Virus record (IMG/VR): IMGVR_UViG_3300011429_000087
Coordinates: 100,552-164,551 of that record
Origin: a virus
Lineage: Duplodnaviria; Caudoviricetes
Strand: one strand, 5' to 3'
DNA: 64,000 bases
A program made the translations under genes and the position numbers. The number at the start of each line of letters is the position of its first letter. The first letter of the stretch is position 1. The notes under the pieces were generated by a model that made no database searches, was not told where the DNA came from, and was given only the letters and a program-made list of their open reading frames with translations. This document shows, in pieces, positions 1 through 10,369 of the stretch.

Positions 1-1242
1 AAGCGTAAGTCCGAATTAGGCGACGATACTATCAAGGTGCCAGCCCTTTCTTCAGAGGACGCGATTGGGCGAGCCAAATATCATTTCCGTAAGCATCAGA
101 ATGATGAATTTCTAGAAGTTAAGTGCATTAAATTAATGGCCAAAGACATTTGGGAATTAATGATTAAAAATTCTTGGACTTGTGGCGACCCAGGCATCTA
201 TAATATTTCTATGGCTAACTCATATACTAATGTTGGCTATTTCGAGACGCTTGATTCTCCAAATCCATGCGGGGAAATTCCTCTCCCGGCATATGGGAAT
301 TGTTGTCTAGGTCATGTTAATTTATCAAATATGTTTGATGAAAATAAGAACGACGTTAATTGGAAGAAATTTGCCAATACTATCCGTATAGGCATTCGCT
401 TTCTAGATGATGTGCTTTCTGCTAATCATTATCCAATTCCAGAATGTAAGATGGTTGGCGAAAAGAGTCGGCGTATCGGCTTAGGAGTTACTGGACTTCA
501 TTATCTCCTGCTTAAATTAGGTTTCAAGTATGGCGATAAGAAGTGTGTAGAATTCTTAGACAGATTATTTGCCACATTTAGAAATGAGGCTTATATAGCC
601 TCAATTGACTTAGCTAAAGAAAAGGGGAGTTTCCCCGCATTCGACGCCTCTAAATATTGTAAGGAAGAATTTTTTAAGCAGCTTCCGCCGCGTATTCAGG
701 CGGCCATCAAGAAAAATGGTATTCGTAATGCCGTTATGTTAACTATTGCTCCGTGCGGGACTAACTCAATGGTTCTTGGAGTGTCTTCTGGCGTAGAGCC
801 TATTTTCGCCCCCATTTATGAAAGATCATTTAGAGACAAAACTGTATGGAAAAAAGAGATTGTCATTGATAGTCTCTTTGAAAACTTTTATCACAATAAA
901 AAGTCGCTTAAACATTTCGTATCAGCCTATGATGTGAGTGTAGAACAGCACATTATTGTTCAGGCAACAATTCAGAAGTATATTGATTCCGCCATCAGTA
1001 AAACAACTAACATTCCAGAGGATTATCCAGTCGATCAACTTGGGCAAGTGATTCTAGATTATGCCGAACATGTTAAGGGTTTTACGATCTATCGGACGAA
1101 TAGTCGGGGATTAGAGCCGCTTAAGCCTATTAAGTTTACTTCCGAGGAGGAATTAAAGGATTTGATGGATAAAAACCATTCATATTCGGCAGAATCTATA
1201 TCGGCGTGCAAGGATGGCGTTTGCGAATTCAAACCTAATTAA
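1..1242 (+). CDS. nrdJ: Ribonucleotide reductase, probably class II (B12-dependent), C-terminal part; frame is open from position 1
   Basis: NPCGEIPL thiyl motif, RRIGLGVTGL, TIAPCGT, SSGVEP, C-terminal CxxxxC; no beta subunit gene follows. Confidence 0.8.
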   Translation, partial: KRKSELGDDTIKVPALSSEDAIGRAKYHFRKHQNDEFLEVKCIKLMAKDIWELMIKNSWTCGDPGIYNISMANSYTNVGYFETLDSPNPCGEIPLPAYGNCCLGHVNLSNMFDENKNDVNWKKFANTIRIGIRFLDDVLSANHYPIPECKMVGEKSRRIGLGVTGLHYLLLKLGFKYGDKKCVEFLDRLFATFRNEAYIASIDLAKEKGSFPAFDASKYCKEEFFKQLPPRIQAAIKKNGIRNAVMLTIAPCGTNSMVLGVSSGVEPIFAPIYERSFRDKTVWKKEIVIDSLFENFYHNKKSLKHFVSAYDVSVEQHIIVQATIQKYIDSAISKTTNIPEDYPVDQLGQVILDYAEHVKGFTIYRTNSRGLEPLKPIKFTSEEELKDLMDKNHSYSAESISACKDGVCEFKPN

Positions 1243-1253
1243 CGGAGACGGAT

Positions 1254-1580
1254 ATGGTCAAGGCTAGAGATGATTATAATATTGTTCATCCACAAGTTGG
1301 TAAAGACGGTAAAGTTGATAAGCAACTCGCAATAATTACATTAGGAAAACGGCTAGGGCAAACTAATCTAGGCGACGCAAAGAATTTTATGAATCAATGT
1401 ATAAGTATTGATGGTGTAGACGCAATCCAAGCACTTGGTCTATATACTATTCAGATAGTTATTGCCAATACTTTTGATTATGAAACGGTCTTGACAGAGG
1501 TACGTGCCTTACTAGAACGAGCTATTTCTGCCATTATTATTCCGCTGAATAAACATGTCCCAAAAATTACTGCTGAATAA
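1254..1580 (+). CDS. Hypothetical protein
   Basis: 108-aa ORF, GGAG SD upstream, tightly packed in the operon. Confidence 0.6.
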   Translation: MVKARDDYNIVHPQVGKDGKVDKQLAIITLGKRLGQTNLGDAKNFMNQCISIDGVDAIQALGLYTIQIVIANTFDYETVLTEVRALLERAISAIIIPLNKHVPKITAE

Positions 1581-1845
1581 GCCAGTACCGCGACGAGTCT
1601 TTCCATGTCTTTTCTGCAACGTATGCAAAAAAGATTCGCCGGTCATCGTTGTTTTATTGGATGGAACTCCAACAGAAGTAGAACTAATTTTCTGTCCAGT
1701 ATGTCTTGACGTTTTAAGCTCACGATTTTACGGAAAAATCGAATGGCTGTCAAGACAGGAGTTAAAGAAACGAACTGATTATTGGGTTGCCACAAGACCA
1801 AATCGCTTTAACATTAAGAGTAAAATTAGTCTATATGTCGATTAA
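1555..1845 (+). CDS. Hypothetical Cys-rich (Zn-ribbon-like) protein
   Basis: CxxCxxC and CxxC motifs; overlaps neighbouring genes. Confidence 0.5.
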   Translation: MSQKLLLNKPVPRRVFPCLFCNVCKKDSPVIVVLLDGTPTEVELIFCPVCLDVLSSRFYGKIEWLSRQELKKRTDYWVATRPNRFNIKSKISLYVD

Positions 1846-2284
1846 TCAATGGGATCAACGATTTCTAGACTTAGCCTTGCTTGTTGCGTCTTGGAGCAAA
1901 GACCCAAGCACGCAAGTAGGTGCTGTTGTCGTAGATAATTTAAAGCGTGTAAAGGGCGTAGGTTTTAATGGATTTGCTCGTGGTATCAAAGATGCCGACC
2001 CGTTACTAAAGGATCGTAAAGCAAAATTGGATCGAATGATTCATGCAGAAATTAATGCCGTTCTAAATTCGCCTACGAATCTTGAAGACTGTACGATATA
2101 TTTAACAATACCTCCGTGCAATATGTGTGCTAATTTTCTTATCCAGGCTGGTATTAAAAGAATTGTTTGGTTTGCACCGTCTGATGAATTAATACAGCGT
2201 TGGGGAGATAGTTGGGCGTTAACATATAATTTATTGCGTGAAGCAAATATTAAGACAATGGAGTATGCCAAAGATGATATTTGA
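1835..2284 (+). CDS. dCMP deaminase (ComEB family)
   Basis: WSKDPSTQVGAV, HAEINA and PCNMC Zn motifs; ATG at 1835 is the likely start. Confidence 0.9.
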   Translation: MSINQWDQRFLDLALLVASWSKDPSTQVGAVVVDNLKRVKGVGFNGFARGIKDADPLLKDRKAKLDRMIHAEINAVLNSPTNLEDCTIYLTIPPCNMCANFLIQAGIKRIVWFAPSDELIQRWGDSWALTYNLLREANIKTMEYAKDDI

Positions 2285-2816
2285 AATTACATTGAGTGCT
2301 TTGCTTACGTATATTATATATCTATATTTGACCAGAGAAATTATTAAAGAAAAAGATGGTGAGGCATATTTAATTCGTTACTTTCTTTGGAAACCAAAGA
2401 AGGGTGATAAATATTATTTACATCATATCGTTAGATCCGACCATGACAGATCAGAACATTGTCATCCATTTAATTTTACAAGTTTTATTCTGTGGGGTGG
2501 CTATTATGAGATTGCCGATAATCAACAAGAAGATTTGCACCGTTTGTATGATGCTATCAATCCTAGAAAAGCATATATTGGATTAAAGCCAGAATGGAAG
2601 CCCTATAATAATGAAGAAGTGATTAGATGGTTTGGTCCGTTTTCTATTTTACATAGAAAAGCGGCGTGGCGTCATAGATTATTATTAAAAAATGATAGGT
2701 CTGCGTGGACTATAGTTAAGCGTAGTCCTAAGTTACGAGAATGGGGATTTTATCCAAATTGGGAATTTTGTCATAATACAAAGTATGATACTAAAACAGG
2801 AGTATGTAATGACTAA
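2274..2816 (+). CDS. Conserved phage protein, cupin-like, with N-terminal TM segment
   Basis: LHHIVRSDHDRSEHCHPFNF..GGYYE..HR pattern. Confidence 0.5.
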   Translation: MIFEITLSALLTYIIYLYLTREIIKEKDGEAYLIRYFLWKPKKGDKYYLHHIVRSDHDRSEHCHPFNFTSFILWGGYYEIADNQQEDLHRLYDAINPRKAYIGLKPEWKPYNNEEVIRWFGPFSILHRKAAWRHRLLLKNDRSAWTIVKRSPKLREWGFYPNWEFCHNTKYDTKTGVCND

Positions 2817-3489
2817 AGTATTAGATAATGGCTATGTTACCCTTAAAGATATTTGGGGTAGCGATGAGCGAATTATTGAGGCTGCTCGTATGTCCAGCGG
2901 TAAAGGCTTCTTAGGATGGGGAACGCTAGAAAAACCCGGGGACGAAAAGCTTCTTAAGTATCTATGGAAAAATAAGCACACAAGCCCATTCGAACAGTGT
3001 GGTTTAACTGTTGAGGTGCAGGCACCCATAATGGTATTTCGTGAGTGGCATCGCCATAGAACACAAAGTTACAATGAAATGTCTGGACGTTACACTCAGA
3101 TTCCAGATATTCACTATTTGCCGGAACCTTCTAGAGTAAAGGCTCAGTCTAAGGCCAATAAACAGGGAACTGGTAATCAGGAATTACCCCCAGAGATTGT
3201 AGCAGAATTCCTTAGTCGTGTTAAAGCAGAACAAGAACAAATTTATGCCACCTATCAATGGGCTCTTGATCATGGTATTGCTAAAGAAATTTCAAGGATT
3301 AATACTCCCATTTCCAGGTATTCCAGAATGGTGGCATCAGCAAACCTACTTAATTGGTTGAAATTTCTTACACTTCGAATGCCAGAAGCGGCACAATACG
3401 AGATTCGTCAGTACGCAAATGAAGTGGCAAAGATCATAGAAGAGAAGTTTCCTCGAACGTGGGAATTATTTATAAATAAGGAAGTCTAA
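2809..3489 (+). CDS. thyX: Flavin-dependent thymidylate synthase
   Basis: HTSPFEQ, REWHRHRTQSYNEMSGRY (RHRx7S), AQYEIR. Confidence 0.95.
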   Translation: MTKVLDNGYVTLKDIWGSDERIIEAARMSSGKGFLGWGTLEKPGDEKLLKYLWKNKHTSPFEQCGLTVEVQAPIMVFREWHRHRTQSYNEMSGRYTQIPDIHYLPEPSRVKAQSKANKQGTGNQELPPEIVAEFLSRVKAEQEQIYATYQWALDHGIAKEISRINTPISRYSRMVASANLLNWLKFLTLRMPEAAQYEIRQYANEVAKIIEEKFPRTWELFINKEV

Positions 3490-3490
3490 T

Positions 3491-5623
3491 ATGTTGTTAT
3501 CAATTTTAATGGCCGCAATTTTAGCTCAATCCGTCAATATTCAGCCACAACTTGTTCATATTCCGCCAGAAAAGACTTCTGCTGGTACTTGGCCTAATTG
3601 GGACATGACAAGTGTAGATTATACGACCTACACTATTACTTATAATACTGGCCCCAACGGTTTCTTGGCTAACGGCTTTATAGAAGTTGGTTTTGGTTAT
3701 CAGTTAAAAGATGATGGCATCACTAATGATCCTCATTATACCAATAATCTCGACTATATCATAATTCCTAACGACGGTGCTAGAGCAACGCCAGTAGATC
3801 AATTTCAAATTACTACGCCAACCGCCGCCAACTATACTACCGTTTCCGCCCCCGTCAATACAACTATTTCGCTTGAACATAACGCTCATCCTGCCGAACG
3901 TATTCTAAAAATATTATTTAATTCCGTATTGCCCGGCAATAGCACCGTCACTATTACTTTTGGCGACACTTCCCAAGGCGGCCCAGGAGCACTTATTCCG
4001 TGGAACCCCGGCAGACCGAGACTAGTTGTTTTTGAGAAGCGTAATCCCAATGTGACTATGGTAGCTTCTCCCACGAATTTTCCCATTATTCTATTTACAG
4101 GAAAGAATGCGACTGCATTCGTAGTAAACGCACCGCTGGTTGTAGAGGTTGAAAAGCCGTTTGAGTTCATTGTACAGGCAGTGCAGGGGAGGGATTTAAA
4201 CCCCGATGCAGGAATGACTCCTGTTGAAGATTTTACGGGCACTATCGCATGGGCTTGTCCAGAAGCCACCCTTATAGGAACACAAACCGAACGCACCTAC
4301 CTCCGTTCTGATCACGGGGTAAAAAGATTTACTGGTGTTTTTCACTATCTTGGCTTCTATACAATTGCCGTTAATTCTGATGGTAGTAATCAACTATTAA
4401 ATCTTCCATCCAATTTATCACTCAGTAACCAAATTAAGGTAGTTTCGCCCGGCCATTCTGATCGAATTTATGTTGGTGATTTACAGAGACATTCTTGTGA
4501 GGGTGGACACGCCGCTATTCCAGATTGGCTATGTTGGCGAGAACTCGCCAGTCTCGGCGATGATTTTGGAACCGTCGTAGAACATTCCGAATTGTTCTTC
4601 TCTGGTTGGCGTCACGCAAATAAAATTGCCCAGGACGCACAACTTTCTTATCCTAATTTTGTGGTATTTCCGGGATACGAATATGGATTACCAGGAGCAC
4701 ATCGTCATGTTATTTTTAAGACATTTACTACAGACCCCTCGTTGGCGGCATCTGCTACTGCCTCGGCAGAACTTCCTGCCCCGATAGTTGCCCCGACAAT
4801 TACCGACTTCCTTAATAATCTCCATAATCCACCCACTCCATCAATTCCAAGAATCGCTATTATTCACCATTCGCTTTGGGACAAATCTAATTTTCCCAAC
4901 ATTCCATTTGAATGGGGCTCTGATCTTGATGATTCCGTACAGAGGTTGGTAGAAATTTATAGTACGCACGGTTCATCGGAAGTTAATCATACTGGCACTG
5001 GCCTATTTGAGTATCCAATTGCCCACGATATTGCTAATGAAAGACCAGTATCCGAAACTGCCTCAGTAAGAGACGCCCTAAGAATGGGTTATAAATTTGG
5101 GATTATTGGGGGTAGTGATCGGCATGGCTATTATAGAAGCCAGAGTGCCGGTGACGATGGTGCCGGTCCTTATACGCGGGCCGGATTAGGATTTGTTCAT
5201 GGGTTTTTAACTACACCAGACCTGAGAGATCGTATTTGGGAAGGTTTAGAGAATCGGCATACTTACGCTACAACTGGCTCACGCATTTACCTGAATTTTA
5301 CTGTGCTTGACTCATTTATCGGCATGGGAGATTTTTATTCTGCCGACACTCCTCCAATTTTCCATATAGAATCCGCTTCTGCTGGATTAGCACTAAGTTC
5401 TCAACCTAAGATAACTGACGTATGGATTATTCGTGATGGCACTACTTTAGTTGGTTATTTTAGTTATGATCCTGGGCAAACTATTATTAATCAGAATTGG
5501 ACGGATAATGCCCCAATACTCGACAACCAGTATCATAATTATTATGTTAAAATCCTTCAAGATGACGGTCAAACCGCATGGTCAAGCCCAATTTGGACTA
5601 GTGTTGGTCCTGTGGGTCATTAG
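3491..5623 (+). CDS. Secreted PHP-fold metallohydrolase (CehA/McbA / DUF3604-like) with N-terminal beta-rich domains
   Basis: Signal peptide; GDLQRHS, EHSE, PGYEY, HRHVIF, VEIYSTHGSSE, GGSDRH, TYATTG, AWSSPIW. Confidence 0.75.
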   Translation: MLLSILMAAILAQSVNIQPQLVHIPPEKTSAGTWPNWDMTSVDYTTYTITYNTGPNGFLANGFIEVGFGYQLKDDGITNDPHYTNNLDYIIIPNDGARATPVDQFQITTPTAANYTTVSAPVNTTISLEHNAHPAERILKILFNSVLPGNSTVTITFGDTSQGGPGALIPWNPGRPRLVVFEKRNPNVTMVASPTNFPIILFTGKNATAFVVNAPLVVEVEKPFEFIVQAVQGRDLNPDAGMTPVEDFTGTIAWACPEATLIGTQTERTYLRSDHGVKRFTGVFHYLGFYTIAVNSDGSNQLLNLPSNLSLSNQIKVVSPGHSDRIYVGDLQRHSCEGGHAAIPDWLCWRELASLGDDFGTVVEHSELFFSGWRHANKIAQDAQLSYPNFVVFPGYEYGLPGAHRHVIFKTFTTDPSLAASATASAELPAPIVAPTITDFLNNLHNPPTPSIPRIAIIHHSLWDKSNFPNIPFEWGSDLDDSVQRLVEIYSTHGSSEVNHTGTGLFEYPIAHDIANERPVSETASVRDALRMGYKFGIIGGSDRHGYYRSQSAGDDGAGPYTRAGLGFVHGFLTTPDLRDRIWEGLENRHTYATTGSRIYLNFTVLDSFIGMGDFYSADTPPIFHIESASAGLALSSQPKITDVWIIRDGTTLVGYFSYDPGQTIINQNWTDNAPILDNQYHNYYVKILQDDGQTAWSSPIWTSVGPVGH

Positions 5624-5715
5624 TGTATTGATCAGACGGTATCTAGTAAGGTAGCGTCTGGTGAATTAAATCTGATTCTTCTCCGGTCGCACCCTGTGAA
5701 TTAGAGGAGAGAATC

Positions 5716-6198
5716 ATGAGAGAAGTCGCGTCATTAATGGGGTCTGGTACGCTGCCATATACAGCGGCAATACTCCATACCACATTAGGTGGTACTTTCG
5801 CTGGTACTTTAAGTGCTGGTGCTTCTGATGGCCGAGGTGTCAGAAATGGCACACAGGTCGTAATATCAAATCCCGAAGATTTAGTTTCGGTGCCAGCTAT
5901 TCATTCGTCTGGCATTACAGTTGGTACAACGCCAGTCAATATTCTCAGTCAAGCTAGCCACGATGCCCTATTAAAGCGTGGGCGAATGGCAGAAATCATC
6001 AATCTTGGTCCTGGCGACCTCTATATCGGCGGAACGTCAAACGTTACTACTGGTCTTGCTGGCGAATCTGGCTTTAAATTAATCGCCCCAACGGCCGGAA
6101 CGGTCCCACCTCAGAAGGTCAAGCTTCCAATCATGAACGGTTGTGATGTTTGGGCTGTTGCGAGTGCCGGTACGGACGTACGCATTCTAGTTTACTAA
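5716..6198 (+). CDS. Probable virion/decoration protein (beta-sandwich), paralogue of next gene
   Basis: Shares NPED, I.N.GPG..YIG..NVT..G..L and D.R.. with 6227..6673; GAGGAG SD. Confidence 0.5.
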   Translation: MREVASLMGSGTLPYTAAILHTTLGGTFAGTLSAGASDGRGVRNGTQVVISNPEDLVSVPAIHSSGITVGTTPVNILSQASHDALLKRGRMAEIINLGPGDLYIGGTSNVTTGLAGESGFKLIAPTAGTVPPQKVKLPIMNGCDVWAVASAGTDVRILVY

Positions 6199-6226
6199 GT
6201 CGCGTTCCAAATAAAGGAGGGCGACT

Positions 6227-6673
6227 ATGGCAAAGGAATACGTTGCCGTAATAGGCTCAGGCACTATACCAAATATAGGGCCATTTACTCCGTCTATGTC
6301 AGGAGCTTTTCCTGACGGACGATACCCACAAACCGCCCACCACGGTAAATTATATGGCCGTATGGGAACGGGTGCGATTATTCTCAACCCCGAAGATTTT
6401 TCTGTCTTCTTGGGTATTCGCTCACAGGCAATCGCCGTTGGAGCGTCAGCTATTCCATTGCCCACTTCTCCATTGGAAAATCGTCGGGCATTAGCAATTC
6501 ATAATAATGGTCCAGGTATTATATATATTGGCGATATCAATGTTACGGCATTGACCGGATACCCACTTGCAGTAAATGAAAAGATAGGATTAGATATAAC
6601 CGGAAATGATCATGTAGTTGTATATGGTGTATCTGATAGTACATCTGATGCTCGCGTTATAGAATTGGCATAA
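6227..6673 (+). CDS. Probable virion/decoration protein, paralogue of previous gene
   Basis: Same shared motifs; AGGAGG SD. Confidence 0.5.
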   Translation: MAKEYVAVIGSGTIPNIGPFTPSMSGAFPDGRYPQTAHHGKLYGRMGTGAIILNPEDFSVFLGIRSQAIAVGASAIPLPTSPLENRRALAIHNNGPGIIYIGDINVTALTGYPLAVNEKIGLDITGNDHVVVYGVSDSTSDARVIELA

Positions 6674-6675
6674 AC

Positions 6676-7857
6676 ATGAGTATTGGTCTAGGTGGATTAG
6701 TATCAATAGGTGGTGGAACTGGCGGTAGCAGTGGCTCCGGCGGTAGTGGCATTATTTCTATTAATGGTCAAACCGGACCAGCCATCGTAGAGATTGGCGT
6801 TAACGGTATTACTATAACTGCCGCAGGTAATCAAATTGTATTCAATGCTGCCGCCCTATCGGGACTTATCACGGCTAATCCGGGCAGTGGTCTTCGAGAG
6901 ATCAATTCTCAAACAGGCCCCACCATTCAGGTCAGCGGCATTAACGGTATCGACGTTTCTCAACCAAGATCAAACTTCATCCTATTAGACTATATCCCTC
7001 TTTCGGGGATTTTTGATGTTAATGGATTAGTTGGTCCATCAGTTATAGTTTCTGGTGTCAATGGTATCAACGTCTATCCAACTGGAGGAATTTTACTTGT
7101 TGACGGATTCTCTCTCGTCCCAACGAGTGGTGTATTCCTGATCAATGGAGAAGACGGACCATACATAACGATTGACGGTGTTAATGGTGCCACAGTCTTA
7201 ACTGGACCGGACAAGATCACAGTTGATGTATCCGCACTATCTGGTTTGATTCAGACATTTACTGGCAGCGGCATTACAAAGATTAATGACCAACAAGGTC
7301 CAGAAATTCAAATCAGTGGTATAAATGGTATAACTGTTACTCAGCCACGCAGTAACTTTATTCTCTTGGATGGAGCCTCGCTATCTGGCTTAATTGGGGC
7401 TGGCGGCGGCAGCATGAGCGGCAATGCCTGTTATACAACTACATTTACTGGTGTTCTAGAACAGACGTTTACGCATTCTCTTGGCACAAAAGCAATCATT
7501 GTACAGATTCAAGACACAAATGACGAATTTATATCCGCAGACTTAATCACTGCAATAGATATTGATAACGTTAGAATTAGATTTAATGACATACAGTCTG
7601 GACGTTTAACCGTACTTTCCTGTGGGGATAATGCTCCAACTCCTAGTGGTGTTACTAAGTTTGCCGCCTCTTTCTTAGGAATAACTAGTGGATTATTTGT
7701 GCATGGTCTTAATACTAGGGATGTGTTGGTTCAAATATATGATGATAGTGGCCCTCCAAAACAGATGATAGCAGACGATGTTATCATAGATACCCTGGAC
7801 GCGGTTAGTTTATTATTTAATCAGGCACAGTCCGGCAGAATTGTTATTATGGGCTAA
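6676..7857 (+). CDS. Gly-rich repeat fibre-like structural protein
   Basis: About 5 repeats of I.N.Q.GP.I.(V/I)SG(I/V)NGI; two C-terminal HxLxT..(I/V).VQI.D modules. Confidence 0.6.
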   Translation: MSIGLGGLVSIGGGTGGSSGSGGSGIISINGQTGPAIVEIGVNGITITAAGNQIVFNAAALSGLITANPGSGLREINSQTGPTIQVSGINGIDVSQPRSNFILLDYIPLSGIFDVNGLVGPSVIVSGVNGINVYPTGGILLVDGFSLVPTSGVFLINGEDGPYITIDGVNGATVLTGPDKITVDVSALSGLIQTFTGSGITKINDQQGPEIQISGINGITVTQPRSNFILLDGASLSGLIGAGGGSMSGNACYTTTFTGVLEQTFTHSLGTKAIIVQIQDTNDEFISADLITAIDIDNVRIRFNDIQSGRLTVLSCGDNAPTPSGVTKFAASFLGITSGLFVHGLNTRDVLVQIYDDSGPPKQMIADDVIIDTLDAVSLLFNQAQSGRIVIMG

Positions 7858-7873
7858 TTTATGGGGAAATTGA

Positions 7874-8641
7874 ATGACTAAAATCAATGGCGATCTTATT
7901 CCTAGTGCAAGTGGTATTGCAAATCTAGGCGTTAATGGTAATGCTGTCGGAGCATATGATATCGCTTCGATTGCTCCGTTTGCTCATATACATATGAACT
8001 CAGGAGTATTCCATGATACTCTAGCTGGCGAAAGCGGTGTTCTGCGTTATAGCCGTGCGGCCAACGCCTTCCAAGTATCAGTAGACGGTGGCAAGACATT
8101 TAATAATATCTCTGCTGGGGCAGTAACATCTATCGGAGTTATTGGTGGCGTCGATCTCACTGGTGCGGTCGATCTTGCAACGGTCGCTAGTGGATTTATG
8201 ACTATCCAAGACACTGGCGGAGCAAGTCCGCTTGTGTTTTCTGTAGACAACCAAGGTCTTTCAGGTTTTTGGCGGTTCCCCGCCCAAGGTTTTAATGGTC
8301 GTGTAGTAAATGCTCTTACTGACTTTAATGGTACTGAAGTGCAGGGGGTCGTTAACGTAGTTGGAGCTTCTGGAATCGTTGCCGATATTATCGGACAAAC
8401 ACTTACAATTGCCGCAGGCAATACAATTCCACGTAGTTTTGCTGCTACCGTAGGTTCTTCAAATCCTTGGGTTGTCACTCATAATCTAAATAGTCTTAAT
8501 GTAATAGTTCAGACATTTGATGCGACTGCTGCTAGACTACATATTGAACCAGACGATATTGAAATTACCGATTCCAATAATTGTACAATAAGATGGAATC
8601 AAGCACAGGCAGGATTAGTAGTTATTTTCGCAGCCTTCTAA
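7874..8641 (+). CDS. Fibre-like structural protein
   Basis: Gly/Ala/Ser-rich; C-terminal THNLNS..VIVQTFD module shared with 6676..7857. Confidence 0.55.
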   Translation: MTKINGDLIPSASGIANLGVNGNAVGAYDIASIAPFAHIHMNSGVFHDTLAGESGVLRYSRAANAFQVSVDGGKTFNNISAGAVTSIGVIGGVDLTGAVDLATVASGFMTIQDTGGASPLVFSVDNQGLSGFWRFPAQGFNGRVVNALTDFNGTEVQGVVNVVGASGIVADIIGQTLTIAAGNTIPRSFAATVGSSNPWVVTHNLNSLNVIVQTFDATAARLHIEPDDIEITDSNNCTIRWNQAQAGLVVIFAAF

Positions 8642-8655
8642 TTAGGTGATAGGAT

Positions 8656-9819
8656 ATGAGCAGATTAAATGGCTATCTTGATAGTTTCGTGGACCAAGCG
8701 GGTTATAGACAACACGCCGGAATTTGGAGCGGCATATCCCGGGGCGATACTATTATCCAGTCTAGTGGCCTAATTGCTCTTAGCGGTTATTTAGGCTTTG
8801 AGGCTCGTGTATTGGGCGGAAGTGGGGCCCTTAAATATCAAGGTGGAGCATTTGAAGGTTGGCAAGTTAAAATGGCTAATCTAAATCCAAATGCCGGATC
8901 TGGACGAGATGGATTTTTCCCTGTCGCCGTTTCTGGTATCTATAGTTTGCAAGATGTTTATTTTGCTAATCCTGATCTAATAATCCAGTCGAAGGCAAAT
9001 CCTCGCGGTAATGATCAAATGACCGTTACCACGAATGATCGTAAATTAATTTTTATTCAAGGACAAAGGGCACCGATTAATATTTCTGGTGCATTAAAAG
9101 TTCCAATCGTTGGTGGTGCAAACTTTAATGTCACTGGCGATCTTGCTATGTGTCATCACGCACAAGTGATGCAGTCAAATTCATTTAGCACTCCGGCAGA
9201 TGATGCCGAGGCTGATGCAAGAGCATTAGGGCCGGGTACGTTGACTCTTAATACTGGATCTGGTATTATTAATATTTCTACTGGCTCTGGTCTTTGTTTT
9301 GTTACTCTGAAAGCAGATACACAACTACCATATCTATTTGATAACTGGGCAAGAATAGGCATGTCTGGCCTAGCGGTCGAAGATAAAATGTTTACGCCCA
9401 ATACGACTGGATCTGGTATTAGTTTTATGAATACCGGCATGTATATGGTGAACTATCATATTACACTACAAAAGACGCTTTCCACTACTTCTAGAACTGT
9501 TGCAATTAGAGCAGTATTGAGAAATGCAGGTTCAGAGGGTGAGCAAAATAATGCCGGAGGAGCATTGAACGGTTCTGCTAAATTAGCAATCCCCGGAAGT
9601 ATTGCTTATGGTACGGTTACTAATGTTACGACTCTATCATGGTTTACCGTTTCGGCCTCATTTATAGTGAATGCTGACGCTGGACAATTCTTAGGATTTG
9701 AAGCTGCTGCGGCTAGTACCGGCGGTGCGGCAGGTCAAACTGTTTTTGCTAGTGCATCTGGTAGTTATGCGATCGTTCAATACATAGGACCGAAGCGTAC
9801 CTTTCCCGTTCTCGCTTAA
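8656..9819 (+). CDS. Structural protein with C-terminal C1q/TNF-like (BclA-C-like) head
   Basis: TGMYMVNYHITL...ASFIVNADAGQFL...YAIVQYIG strand pattern. Confidence 0.45.
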   Translation: MSRLNGYLDSFVDQAGYRQHAGIWSGISRGDTIIQSSGLIALSGYLGFEARVLGGSGALKYQGGAFEGWQVKMANLNPNAGSGRDGFFPVAVSGIYSLQDVYFANPDLIIQSKANPRGNDQMTVTTNDRKLIFIQGQRAPINISGALKVPIVGGANFNVTGDLAMCHHAQVMQSNSFSTPADDAEADARALGPGTLTLNTGSGIINISTGSGLCFVTLKADTQLPYLFDNWARIGMSGLAVEDKMFTPNTTGSGISFMNTGMYMVNYHITLQKTLSTTSRTVAIRAVLRNAGSEGEQNNAGGALNGSAKLAIPGSIAYGTVTNVTTLSWFTVSASFIVNADAGQFLGFEAAAASTGGAAGQTVFASASGSYAIVQYIGPKRTFPVLA

Positions 9820-9821
9820 GG

Positions 9822-10157
9822 ATGAACAACATGCTTTCTCTGCTAACAAGCTTCACTCTTGAAGAGTATGGAGTAATCGGGATTGTTCTACTCACACTGT
9901 TTGGGATTGTTCAAAAGCAAATTACTTTTAGTAATAAAATGGCTAGTGATCACGCCAAACAAAGAGAAGAGGATCTTGATAAGATCAGTGCCGCCCTCAT
10001 AATCATAAAAGAGGGTCAAGAGCAACAGACGAAGATGGCTGAAAAGGTTACTGAATCTGCTCAGAAGATATCTGAGAATCAGAACCTATTGGCCCAAGAT
10101 ATGAAAACAATTAAAGACATTGTTATTCAGAAATTGCCCGACATTAAACAATCTTAG
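9822..10157 (+). CDS. Small membrane protein, holin-like (BhlA/UviB architecture)
   Basis: One N-terminal TM helix plus coiled coil; last gene of the + block. Confidence 0.4.
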   Translation: MNNMLSLLTSFTLEEYGVIGIVLLTLFGIVQKQITFSNKMASDHAKQREEDLDKISAALIIIKEGQEQQTKMAEKVTESAQKISENQNLLAQDMKTIKDIVIQKLPDIKQS

Positions 10158-10369
10158 GCCGGGCAGCTTGAGGATTTGATGTATCGCCCTGACGCATTCG
10201 GTCGCCAGCGACCGACGCTTCTTCTGTCATTACAGCCGCTCCGTTTTTACGAGTTGGCTTCGGCGTCACTACATCAATAATATCGTCACGTAATTGACGC
10301 ACCGTTTCATTCGGAACCTTAAATGGTTCAAGCCGTACCCTTAACAGATTCATTAATTCAGCGTGAATA

